Assembly (NCBI GenBank): GCA_963665235.2
Contig: CAXXLX010000001.1
Location: 1,120,001-1,184,000, forward strand
Direction of reading: 5' to 3'
DNA length: 64,000 nucleotides
DNA from: Candidatus Poribacteria bacterium
GTDB lineage: Bacteria; Poribacteria; WGA-4E; WGA-3G
Shown here one piece after another: positions 51,716-62,765 of the stretch (positions within the stretch are counted from its first letter, which is position 1; every line of letters begins with the position of its first letter). Under the pieces are notes generated by a model. That model made no database searches and was not told the DNA's origin. It saw nothing but the letters and a program-made list of their open reading frames with translations. A program made the position numbers and the translations under genes.

Positions 51716-52553
51716 ATGACAGATAGGATAGAAGAATTTTTTAGACAGCTACTTGAAGCCTTACCGCATCAACGCTACGATATTGTAAGCAAAGGCATAT
51801 TCGCCGTATTCGCTGAAGCATTGTTGCGACATTTTACAAACATCCGAGACCTCGAGTTCATTGAACACCTCGATACGGAACTCCCAACCGTCGAAATCCG
51901 ACGCATGGATATTTTGGCGAAGGTCCGAATTAATGGTAAAGAGGTTTTAGTCCATATAGAGTTCCAAGTCAGCAGCCAACCCGAAACAGAAATAGTGAAA
52001 CGGAAACTGGCTAATGGCTATTGGCTATTGGCTTATGGCAAGATTTTCTGATTCTAATAAGAACTCTAACGCGCGTCAGAGTCCTCTTCTTCTTTTGCCA
52101 ATTGCTAATCGCCAATTGCTAATCGCTAAATTGGCATTCACGCCTTTGATGAAGCGACCGGACGATGTATCCGCCGTGGAATGGGTCGAACGGTGCCACG
52201 AACAGGTACGTGCGCTGGACCTTGATTTTGATGTTCAAAACAACTTACTACTTTGGCAATGGATTCTGAGCGGTTTAATAGTTGACCCCGCAGAAATCAA
52301 ACATCTAGTGGAGGAAAACATGTTTGAATCATCTACTTATCGATATATCTTCGAACAAGTACAGCAACAAACTACTGTCAAAAACATCTTGAGTGTCCTT
52401 GATGTTCGCTTCGGCATCGGCACAGATGAAACCTTGCAGATATCTCTCGAGGAGATAGAAGACCTACAACGCCTCGAAGCACTGCTCGGAACAGCTGTGC
52501 AAACCGATAGTGTCGAGGCATTCAGGCAAACATTGACTGAAAACGGAAAATAG
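51716..52553 (+). pseudogene. Rpn/YhgA-like nuclease gene 3 with the same internal replacement as gene 2
   Basis: Paralog of 42128-42965; identical insert at 52006-52131; internal GGAGG-N5-ATG at 52320. Confidence 0.78.
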
Positions 52554-52695
52554 CACTGCACAGGCGCGGGGGGTTCTGCCCCCGCCTCTTAGTCCCGTAA
52601 CGTTCCCATTCCCGAAAAAATTCGTAAAAAACGCCAAAATATCAAAAAAATTAACCCAATTTCGTAAAAATTCTACATTTTTTGCAAAAAAAAAT

Positions 52696-53115
52696 TTGAC
52701 ATTCCCCCAAAATTAAGGTATACTTAATAGGTAAAATGAAAAATCAACACATTTTTTGCGAAAAATTGTTGACATCCTAACCCGTTTCATGCTATAATTA
52801 AAACGTATATAGCGAAAACGATACCGAAAATAGCCGAAATAAAAAATTAATTTGACTTTTTTGGTAAAATATCGTATACTTAAGTATGTGAACGGAAAAT
52901 CAACCAACGCATCGCAAAAAAAAATTGTTGACAAACATATCCGTTTTATCGTATAATTAAATGTAAAGTTGTAAAAACGGCAACGAAAACAGAAACGTAA
53001 CACGGACCTAAAAATTTGACATTTTTTTGTAACCCGTGTAAAATACGTAACGTTAGATAAACGTAAACCCGAAAAAACAGTAGCGGTTGACATTTTTTGT
53101 AACCGACGCTATAAT
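52696..53115 (+). promoter_or_regulatory. six tandem sigma70-type promoters
   Basis: TTGAC(A/T) at 52696, 52769, 52852, 52928, 53016 and 53087, each followed after 17-18 nt by TATACT, TATAAT or TAAAAT. Confidence 0.75.
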
Positions 53116-53545
53116 GGGTAACGTTAATTAGAACGAGTTTGGCGTAAACAACCGAGCAACAAAAATGCAATTGCGACTTGCACATCCCTCTGAAAAACCC
53201 AGTTTTTCAGCGCGACCCGCAGGCATCACTCGGACAAACAGAAAATCCCAACGCCAAAAAACGTTCTCGGTAGGCGAAGGTATGGGACACACGGAAAAAT
53301 CCCAACCCCCTACACACACATGTTTTAGGAAGACGAGGATTCAACATAAGTGCATCTGCACACAACAAGTTTTGAACCCCCAACACTCCTAATACTATAG
53401 GTTAGTAGAATAGATTATCATATCCCTGAATCTGTTCTTGATATTTCATTTTGTAGTATTGTCGGGCGCGATAGTACGCAATACGCACATCGCCCCAAAA
53501 TTAAATGTTTTAGTTAGATTTTATATAATAGAGGAGAAATAAGTA

Positions 53546-56500
53546 ATGCGATTGTCAAATAAATCGACATTTTTCCTAGTATGTTTAGTTTTACTGATGG
53601 CGTTCGGGACGGTCCCAGCCATGGCACACGACGCATCGCAAATTGGGAATCTCCGAGCGCATTCATCACACCCAGCAGACACATTGGATCTCAGGATCTG
53701 AATGATGATAACGACTTCGCAGATGTTGGTGAGGGGGCGGTTGATGCGCATGCTACGCACCCGAAAGTCAAATCGATAACGTTAAAGCCGATACCCGCAG
53801 CGGGCACAGGTGATAACGCAACACCAGCTAGGACTCTTGGGAATGTCGTGGTAGTCACCGCAGATACTGATGGGGACCCAAGTACCCCTACCACTGGTCT
53901 TGGGAACAACCAATTTATACTCATCGTTGAGTTTGACCAGAAAATAGGAACTAGTAACCAATTTGAAGCGGCTGAGTTCACAAGAAAACTATGGAACGCA
54001 ACGAAGACAAGCGAGGCAGCTCAAGGTGACTTTGAGGTTAGTTCAGTTACCGCAATGACCGGTTCCGAGACAAAGTTTGAGGTTAAAGTAACGATTGATC
54101 AGAACAGTAATGATGGCTCTGTTAACCCACTAATAAAACGACTGATGATATTCTTCCAACTGGCACAGCAGGCGATCTTCTGGAAAAATTATTCTTCCAA
54201 ATTACAGTAAACCACGATGCTGTAATTGGTAAAGAGGCCGAGGTAGTAGACACGGGGTTCGGGGAGATCTCGTACCCTGCTTCACAGAATAACAAGTCAG
54301 ACATGTATGAATTTGTGTTGGTCAAAATGCTCCCAGCAGCCCCAACCTTGACTGTTGCTCAGGCCCCTGCTGATAACGTAGCCCTCCCCGCAAGTGGTAA
54401 AGTGACATTCACGTTTACATCGACTGGGACTCTAGGGACGGACGGATTTGTAGCTGGCGACATCGACGTTACAAATGGAACGGCATCCGGTTTTGCTAAA
54501 GCCACGACACCCGCCAACACGTATACAGTAGATGTAACACCAGATGCTGAAAACGGACAGCCCAAAAGTGTTACAGTTACAGTCGCAAAAGGTGCTGTGG
54601 AAGATATCTACGGTAACAAAACTACTGTAGCTACGACTGAAACGTGGACATCACCAGACATAATCAAGCCAACGTTGGCGATTACATATACTCCTGGTGA
54701 TGATGCAGCACTTAGGACTGGAAACCTTGTAGACTTCACTTTCACGTTTAGCGAAGTACTTGGAACGGGTGATGCTGCATTTACTAAAGAGGATATCACT
54801 GTTCCTACTGGAACGGTTCTTGGTGCGCTTACCAAAACTGGCAACGCTTATGCGGCAGTAATACAGGTAACCGATCCTACAAAAGACGTGGTGGTCACGG
54901 TGGCGAAAGATGCCGTAAAAGACACATCACTGCTCGTTGGCGGGCCTAACGGACTCGCTATGGACGCGACTGCCACGAAAAAACTAGCAGTGGCACCAAC
55001 AGTGGGTATTACACATACTCCTCTTGATGGTGTGCTAGTCGGTGATACTAAGACGGTAACGTTCACTTTCACATTTAGTGAAACACTTGGATCGGGTGCT
55101 GGTGCATTTACTGAAGATGATGTCATGGTAAGTGCTGGCACGAAAGGCACGGTTACGCAAGGCACAGACGATACCGCCACAACAGATGTGGACGAGTCGC
55201 TGGTATATACCTTACCCGTGACCCTTACGGATGTATACAAAGACGTGAAGGTAGATATAGCGGCCTCCAATGTAGAAGATGCAGCGGGCAATGCATTAGC
55301 TACTGCTGCGACGGAAACGTATACTGCACCGAAACAACTGACTGTTGCTATCGCGCATACACCTGCTGATGGCACCAAGGTTGGTACGGATAAGACGGTA
55401 ACGTTTACGTTCACATTTAGTGAAGCCCTTGGAACGGGTGATGCTGCATTTGCTAAAGAGGATATCACAGTCAGTGCAAACGGCACGGCTGGCGATGTTA
55501 CACAAGGCACAGACGATTCCGACACAACAGATGTGGACGAGTCGCTGATATATACCTTACCCGTGACCCTTACGGATGTATATACAGACGTGATGGTAAG
55601 TGTTGCTACGACCGCCGTAACAGATGCAGCAGGCAATGCATTAGCTGCTGCTGCGACAGAAACGTATACTGCCCCAACAGCACCACCTGCGGATCCGGAT
55701 GGTACTATCACGCTTCAACCCGGTTATACTGTTGTTGTGAGAAATCCCAATTCTAATGCAGCAGGTGCAGAGGGTGTGGATTTTACCTTAGCTGGTACAA
55801 ATGTTACAACAGCGACGTGGGCAGGTATGCCTGATTTAGAGGCACTTTTTGATACAGATAATCCCGCGCACGGTAAGGCTCTTATTGTGAAGGCGGCTCC
55901 CGATCAAACTATCACTACAGGCTCAGTCGGTATCAATGAAATTATGTGGGCTATTGATACAAGTTATTACCCAACTCCAGCAGCTTTAAAAGCTTCACAG
56001 TGGATTGAACTTAACAATCTTAACAGCGAAGCCGTGAAGGTTCAGTTGAGCACTAATACTGACGCTACTGGTGCAATTGACTCAGTACTCAACAAAGATG
56101 GGAATAACAAATGGAAGGTGCCGGGAACAAGCGGTAACAGCGTTGATGGCACCGCAGACTTCGCCTCAATGTACCGTATTCTACCGGGCGGAAAAGCAGA
56201 TTATGCCGATGCCGATGGCGCAAGGTATAATAACCGACCGGGTAATAAGGCAGGCCACTGGAAAGCCTCAACCGGTGTTTATGGAAGGTTCCGCACAGAC
56301 AAAGGCAAGTTCTACTATTATAAAGGCTCACCGGGCAGTAAAAATTCGTCCCTCGCCGCAGCGGGTAAATCAACCGTTCCAAGTAGTCCTATTGTCATCA
56401 ACGAAGTTGGGAACCATACGAATAATATGTACGATTGGATCGAACTGAAGAATGTGTCTGGCGCTGAGGTAAACCTACGAAATTACATGATTTCGATAGT

Positions 56501-58265
56501 GAGAGCGAAGGACAGCGATGTACCGTTGATTCAGTTTGATAACAATGATAACGCGAAGGTTGGTGCTGGCAAACTGATCCTCCTAGTTGCTAGCGATCCG
56601 GCAGACAATGGCAATCAGAACCATCCGATTGCTCCCGGACGCAATGTCGATACAGGCACAGTCCAACGAGGGGGTACCGCTAATAGCCCAGTTCAGTATA
56701 AGGTTTTTAGTGGCGGGGCCCGTGGCACGCTGACTTTACCTAATGATGACGGCGGTAAATTTGTCCTGATAGTGCGTAAACCTGACAACCTTGAAGGTCA
56801 CAGATCCGGCCAAGATGGTGGCAAAGGTGTTGCCGAAACAGGTAATGCAGATCTTGACAAAATCGTGGATATTGCTGGATATGAGGATAGCAGTGTAGCG
56901 AAATCCGCTTATCCGAATCCAGCGTCAAGCACTAACCTCTGGCCGTTGTATCAATTTAATGCACCAAAGTTTTCTAATAATGCGTTTGTAGCAGGCACAG
57001 TTCATCAACGGAATCGTGTGGGCACAAACAAAGGTGCCAGTGGTGCGGGTGCTGATGATGATAACAACGGCAAATCCGCTTTCGGTGATATCGGTTTCAC
57101 CGGTATCGGGTATAAGCGTATGGCTGCTCAGACTGCGGCAAACGGGGGTACCCCCGGTTATGATAAGGACGCGCTGAAGTCAAACGGGAACGATGTCATA
57201 GTACCTGTTTATATCAGCGAAATTATGTATGCCGATCATAAAGGCACACTGCCACAGTGGATTGAACTTCGGAATAGTTCTAAGACGCATGGTGCTAATC
57301 TACACGACTGGCAACTTATTATCACTAACCACGCAGATAGTATGATGCACGAGGATGATGGTTGGGCAGGTAAAGCGTCGGCAACTATCTGGCTACGCAA
57401 CCTGAAGATAAAACCGAATTCTGCTGTGTTGATTACCACGCGCAAAGGGCCTCGGTCTGATGTTTACCTTCCGGACGCTGATATTTTCGTCCTCTGGCCA
57501 ACACATAAGGATGCTTTCGGTATGAAAACTGCTGGTGATGATGTTCTGAATCCTTACGGGTTCAAGATAGTCTTACGGGCGAAAGCTGGCAACGCTTGGC
57601 AGCCAGTTGACATGGTCAGCAATCTTTCGACTGAAACAGCCGACAACCGTACCAATCCCAATCCAGAGCGTTTCGATAAGCCGCGTTGGGCATGGCCGAC
57701 TGCTGTTGAGGATAGTGTCAGGAGTTCCGTTGTGCGCGTGAACAACGCGCGTTCTAATAGTAATGTTTTGACTAAAGCCTCTGACGGTTCAAAACAGGGG
57801 GCGTGGATCCTATCCGGCGACCATAAGAAGCATGAGTTAACAGATGTTACCTATTATGGTCACAAAGATGATATTAGCACGCCAGGTCAAACGTACGGTC
57901 AACCCCTCCCTGTTGAATTGTCCTCCTTCCGTCCTACCCTGGAAGACGGTAAGGTCGTCGTTCGTTGGACAACTGAATCTGAACTAGACAACGCAGGCTT
58001 TAACATTTACCGTAGCGAAACACGCGATGGTGAATTTAAGCAGATCAACGCGCAGCTCATTCAGGGTGCAGGCACCACAGGTGAACGTAACACCTACGAA
58101 TGGGTGGATACGACTGCGAAACCGGATGTTGTTTACTACTACCAGATTGAAGATGTATCTTTCGCCGGCGAGCGTCAAACCCTCGCCACGAACCGCTTGA
58201 GAGGCTATGTCTCCGCAGAGAACAAACTCACCACGCGGTGGGGCGAATTGAAATCACAAGATTAA
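53546..58265 (+). CDS. large secreted protein (~1570 aa) with Ig-like repeats and lamin-tail-like domains; two apparent frameshifts (~53680, ~54125)
   Basis: GAGGAG ribosome site plus signal peptide at 53546; three frames join into 54303-58265; VTFTFTFSE repeats; INEIM/INEV/ISEIM..WIEL motifs; PVELSSF..KLTTRWGELK tail. Confidence 0.8.
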
Positions 58266-58289
58266 CTCAGGGATAATCTAACTAACCCA

Positions 58290-58333
58290 AAGAACGGGCG
58301 ACGGACTTCGGTTCGAAGCCCGTTCTTTCTTTT
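58290..58333 (+). terminator. intrinsic terminator
   Basis: AAGAACGGGC...GCCCGTTCTT followed by TCTTTT. Confidence 0.7.
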
Positions 58334-58424
58334 ATAGATAACCATTTTCCAAAAACAGCATAGTCCCAGTATTCGGGGTGAAACTCCGCTCTTAAGGACG
58401 ATATATTTATAGAGAGGAAAAATT

Positions 58425-58898
58425 ATGCCTAACACCTACACCCAACTTTACATACACATTATCTTCGCTGTAAAAAGCAGACAACCCCTCATTTCAAAAC
58501 AACATAAAGCAGAACTAGAACAGTATATAACAGGTATCATCAGAAACAAAGGGCAGAAACTTATACAGATTAACGCCATGCCTAATCACATCCATATCCT
58601 AATTGGAATGACCCCAGACATTGCGGTGTCAGATTTGGTCCGGGACATAAAGGCAAATTCATCAAGATTCATAAACAAGAAAGGATGGCTGCGGGGAAGG
58701 TTTGAATGGCAGACAGGTTTTGGTGCATTCACCCATTCGCATTCTCATCTTGATACTGTAGCGAATTACATCAAAAATCAGGAAAAACATCATGCGCGGT
58801 TTACCTTCCGAGAGGAATATCTTAGGTTTCTAAAACGTTTCAATATTCCCTATGATGAGAGATATGTTTTTGAGGACGATACAACATCCGCGTCCTGA
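58425..58898 (+). CDS. tnpA: IS200/IS605-type Y1 HUH transposase (REP-associated-like)
   Basis: HIIFAVK, NHIHIL (HUH), WQTGFGAF and YIKNQ (catalytic Tyr); flanked by inverted family-C repeats. Confidence 0.88.
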   Translation: MPNTYTQLYIHIIFAVKSRQPLISKQHKAELEQYITGIIRNKGQKLIQINAMPNHIHILIGMTPDIAVSDLVRDIKANSSRFINKKGWLRGRFEWQTGFGAFTHSHSHLDTVANYIKNQEKHHARFTFREEYLRFLKRFNIPYDERYVFEDDTTSAS

Positions 58899-59712
58899 TT
58901 CTATAAACATAACGCCCCTATAGGGCTAATAGATTGACGGGTTGTTGCATTTTCTATAAATATACCGCCCCTACGGGGCTATAGACTTGTGGTTCCCTCG
59001 GGTTTTCTATAAATATACCGCCCCTACGGGGCTAATAAATCGATGGGTTGTTGCATTTTCTATAAATATACCGCCCCTACGGGGCTATAGACTTGTGGAA
59101 ATGCGTGAGCCGGGCCTTATGGCATTCACGCCCCTAATGAAGCGACCGGACATAGATTGACGGGTTGTTGCATTTTCTATAAATATACCGCCCCTACGGG
59201 GCTATAGACTTGTGGTTCCCTCGGGTTTTCTATAAATATACCGCCCCTACGGGGCTAATAAATCGATGGGTTGTTGATTTTCTATAAATATACCGCCCCT
59301 ACGGGGCTATAGACTTGTGGTTCCCTCGGGTTTTCTATAAATATATCGTCCCTACGGGACTAGGGGTTGTTGAAACATCTGCTTCTATAAATATATCGTC
59401 CCTACGGGACTAGGGGTTGTTGAAACATCTGCTTCTATAAATATATCGTCCCTACGGGACTATAGACTTGTGGTTCCCTCGGGTTTTCTATAAATATACC
59501 GCCCCTACGAGGCTATAGACTTGTGGTTCCCTCGGGTTTTCTATAAATATACCGCCCCTACGGGGCTATAGACTTGTGGAAATGCGTGAGCCGAGCCTTA
59601 TGGCATTCACGCCCCTAATGAAGCGACCGGACATAGATTGACGGGTTGTTGCATTTTCTATAAATATACCGCCCCTACGAGGCTATAGACTTGTGGTTCC
59701 ATCGGGTTTTCT
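58899..59712 (-). repeat. array of ~13 family-C hairpin repeats with variable linkers downstream of tnpA
   Basis: TTCTATAAATATACCGCCCCTACGGGGCTA and the GTCCCTACGGGAC variant, separated by ~20-23 nt linkers of a few types and two long linkers. Confidence 0.85.
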
Positions 59713-59860
59713 TTCCCGCTATCATATTTACAAAAACTTTACACACACCTTTGTTCGACGTGATTTCCCCACGACGATTTTCCACTTTACATTTTCCTCA
59801 ATTCCCCGTATAATTAAAAAACAATTTGACAAAGAACACACAAAACGGAGAACATATTCT

Positions 59861-61258
59861 ATGGAACTTTACGAAGCTGTCAGTCCGCTGGATTTCAGAT
59901 ATTATGGCGGAGATGCTAATTTTATGAACCGTCTCCTGCCCTATGTATCCGAGGCGGGATATGTCACCTATCAGGCAAAAGTGGAGGCAGCCCTGGTACG
60001 CACCCTTGCCGCCTATGGGGTTTGCTCAGAGGCGATTGCCGATGAAGTGGAACAAGCAGTAGAACAGGTAACTGCTGAAGCGGTTTACGAAGAACAGCGA
60101 CGCATCCGGCACAATATCCGTTCGCTCGTCAATGTGATTCGGGAGAAGATCAGCCCAGAAGCCCGGCCCTATGTACATCTATTCGCCACTTCAGCCGACA
60201 TCCTGGATACCGCCACCGCCTTGCGATTCAAGGCACTGATCGAAAACGTTATTATTCCGGACCTGATTGCATTGGAAATGCAGCTTATTGCGTTAGCACG
60301 TGCCCATGCAGAGACCGTCCAGATAGGCAGAACACACGGACAACACGCCGAACCTACGACGTTTGGTTATGCTTTAGCCCTATATGTGAGTCGTCTTGGA
60401 ACGCGTATAGAGAAGATTTACGAAGCGGGCAACAATTTACGGGGACAATTTTCTGGGGCAGTCGGCGCGTTTAACGGATTGGCCCTCATTCATGACACGC
60501 CGGAGGAAATTGAAGCCGATTTTCTTGCACGGCTCGGCTTAAAACCGTCCGATACACACACGTCAACGCAATGTGTCGAACCGGAGTTTATCTCCGATGT
60601 AGCGTATCAGGTCACAGCAGCATACACCGTGCTTGCGAACTTCGCAGACGATATGCGTCACCTTTACCGGACCGAACTCGCCGAGGTGGGACGGAAGTAT
60701 AACCCGCAACTAGTCGGCTCCTCTACGATGCCGCACAAAGTGAACCCGGAGGCTTATGAGAATATCAAGAGCCTCTGGAAAGCGTTCGTGCCACGGATGC
60801 AGACAGTCTTTATGGATAGCATTTTGGAACATCAACGCGACCTAACTAACTCCGCATCCAGCCGATTTTTGACTGAGTTGTTCACAGCGTTCGATTACAG
60901 TATCTATAGACTTCGACGTGCCTTGGACGAGATGGATGTGAAGGCGGATACGATGCGCCGCAACTTGGAGATGAGCGCGGAGGACACAATTGCGGAGCCT
61001 ATCTATCTATTGATGGCATATTACGGATTTCCAGATGCTTATGACCATACCCGGAAATTGATAGCACGGGTGCATGAGACAGGAAAAAGCCTGACAACGT
61101 TATTGTGGGAGGATGAGACGTTTCGTCCATTCCTTGATAAGTTGACAGAGGCACAGCGGGAAGCCCTTCGGAATCCGACACATTATATCGGCACCGCGGT
61201 TCAGCGGACTCATGCCACGTGTGATGTGTGGGAGAAACGATTAGAAGACCTTCAATAA
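59861..61258 (+). CDS. purB: adenylosuccinate lyase
   Basis: VSPLDFRY, GRTHGQHAEPTTFG, GSSTMPHKVNP and HQRDLTNS motifs. Confidence 0.88.
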   Translation: MELYEAVSPLDFRYYGGDANFMNRLLPYVSEAGYVTYQAKVEAALVRTLAAYGVCSEAIADEVEQAVEQVTAEAVYEEQRRIRHNIRSLVNVIREKISPEARPYVHLFATSADILDTATALRFKALIENVIIPDLIALEMQLIALARAHAETVQIGRTHGQHAEPTTFGYALALYVSRLGTRIEKIYEAGNNLRGQFSGAVGAFNGLALIHDTPEEIEADFLARLGLKPSDTHTSTQCVEPEFISDVAYQVTAAYTVLANFADDMRHLYRTELAEVGRKYNPQLVGSSTMPHKVNPEAYENIKSLWKAFVPRMQTVFMDSILEHQRDLTNSASSRFLTELFTAFDYSIYRLRRALDEMDVKADTMRRNLEMSAEDTIAEPIYLLMAYYGFPDAYDHTRKLIARVHETGKSLTTLLWEDETFRPFLDKLTEAQREALRNPTHYIGTAVQRTHATCDVWEKRLEDLQ

Positions 61259-61362
61259 AGCAATTGGCTGTTGGCTGTTGGCGATTAGCAAGAGATGGCT
61301 CTAAGCCCTCTGACGCGCGTCAGACCGCTTATTAGAATCATAACATCTTGCCAATTTGCCTG

Positions 61363-62571
61363 CTAATTGCCCATCGCCAATTCCGCGTGAAACATCATCG
61401 GCTCCACAATCTTATAGGTTTCGATTTTCTCATCTCGAACCGTCAAGATTGCCAAGCTTTTAACGGGGTGTCGGTTCTCATCGTAATGAGAAATATATGT
61501 TGACCCTTGAAAGGCTTTCGTTGCGGCTAACGCGTCGCGAATCGCTCTCGGCTCCGTTGAATTCGCCTGCTTAATTGCATTCGCTAGGAGCAGCATCGCA
61601 TCATACCCCGATGAAGCGATACCATCAGGTGCCGTTTTAAACATAGCCATGTAGGCATCAAAAAATTGTTTTACCTCGTCACCCGGCATTTCCGGCGCGA
61701 AATTTGTTGTCTGGTAAATACCTTCCAGCGGGGTGTTATCGTCCAAGGTATTGAAAAATTTTTCCGGTTCATCCCAGGTATCTCCCCCGATAAAGGGTGT
61801 CTCAATACCGAGGTCTCTCGCTTCCTTAATGACCAAAGGCACCTCTGGTGCAAAACTGGAGAGCAAGATAACGTCAGGATTCGCTTCCTGAATCCGTTGA
61901 AGTTGTGCGGTAAACGTTGTATCGCCTCTTTGATAAACTTCATTGGCGAGAATTTGACCGCCTAATTCCTGAAAACGCGCTACAAACGCCTCAACGTGTC
62001 CCGTTGAGTAAACATCCTGCTCTTGTTGAATTGTAGCAGCTGTTTTTGCGTTCAGCTCTTCCGAATCCGCTGCAAATTCGGCTATCACTTTCCCTTGAAA
62101 AGCATTTGTGATAACAGACAGAAACAGAAAATCTCCCGCCGCGTTAGCGAGTGTACCAGCGGAACCGAGGATTGTGGGCCGTTGAAGCTCCTGGATAGTC
62201 GGTCCCGCTTGGTCAGCAATCGTTGAGAAAATTGGTCCCAGCAGCGCAACAACTCCCTCATCTTCAACCAACGTTGTAGCAAGCGCGACAGTTTTATCGA
62301 CATCCGGAAATGTGTCAGGGGCAGTCTGATTGTCTCTCTGGATAAATTCAACTTGCATACCGAGGACACCCCCATCAGCATTGATTACCTTCCTCGCCAA
62401 ATCCGCGCCTCTTCCGAAAGTTACGTAATGGTCCGACGGTTGAATCAAACCAATTTTAAGCACCTGCGGCGTAGTTGGATCCGTGGGTGGCGTTACCATG
62501 TCGCTCATCCGTTGACATCCAGAAAGTGAAAGAAATACACAAAGGACCAGGCTAAAAACTTTTACATTCAT
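61363..62571 (-). CDS. branched-chain amino acid-type ABC transporter substrate-binding lipoprotein
   Basis: Lipobox LSGC; INADGGVLG, GYDAMLLLANAI and PRAIRDAL motifs. Confidence 0.85.
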   Translation of the reverse strand: MNVKVFSLVLCVFLSLSGCQRMSDMVTPPTDPTTPQVLKIGLIQPSDHYVTFGRGADLARKVINADGGVLGMQVEFIQRDNQTAPDTFPDVDKTVALATTLVEDEGVVALLGPIFSTIADQAGPTIQELQRPTILGSAGTLANAAGDFLFLSVITNAFQGKVIAEFAADSEELNAKTAATIQQEQDVYSTGHVEAFVARFQELGGQILANEVYQRGDTTFTAQLQRIQEANPDVILLSSFAPEVPLVIKEARDLGIETPFIGGDTWDEPEKFFNTLDDNTPLEGIYQTTNFAPEMPGDEVKQFFDAYMAMFKTAPDGIASSGYDAMLLLANAIKQANSTEPRAIRDALAATKAFQGSTYISHYDENRHPVKSLAILTVRDEKIETYKIVEPMMFHAELAMGN

Positions 62572-62765
62572 ATAATATCTCCTTAATAATTGTGATTGTG
62601 TTTGAACCGAGTGGCATAATAGGCATTTTATCACAGCCCATTGAAAACGTCAAGCGAAAAAAGAGGGCGGGGTGTGTAAAGTTTTTGTACACCCGTTTGT
62701 AGTAGGGCGATTCATCGCCCGTCGTGTCGTATAACGTGAGTTTGAAAAATTTTCCCCTCGTATGA

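Noticed and set aside
53546-54303. Programmed frameshifting or phase variation in the large surface-protein gene
   Set aside because: No slippery or homopolymer tract evident at the shifts; similar 1-nt indels at 43227, 43472, 44335 and throughout IS630 point to sequencing error or decay. Cannot be resolved without reads.
58899-59712. CRISPR array call for the ~30-bp repeat array (also 50890-51595)
   Set aside because: Linkers are short (~20-23 nt) and reused, repeats are dispersed in both orientations across the window, and no cas genes are present.
59693-59860. N-terminal extension of PurB predicted by the ORF track (similar extensions on nuoI, holB, tmk, purN and the LamG gene)
   Set aside because: Homology and ribosome sites support downstream ATG starts; extensions overlap promoters or repeats.
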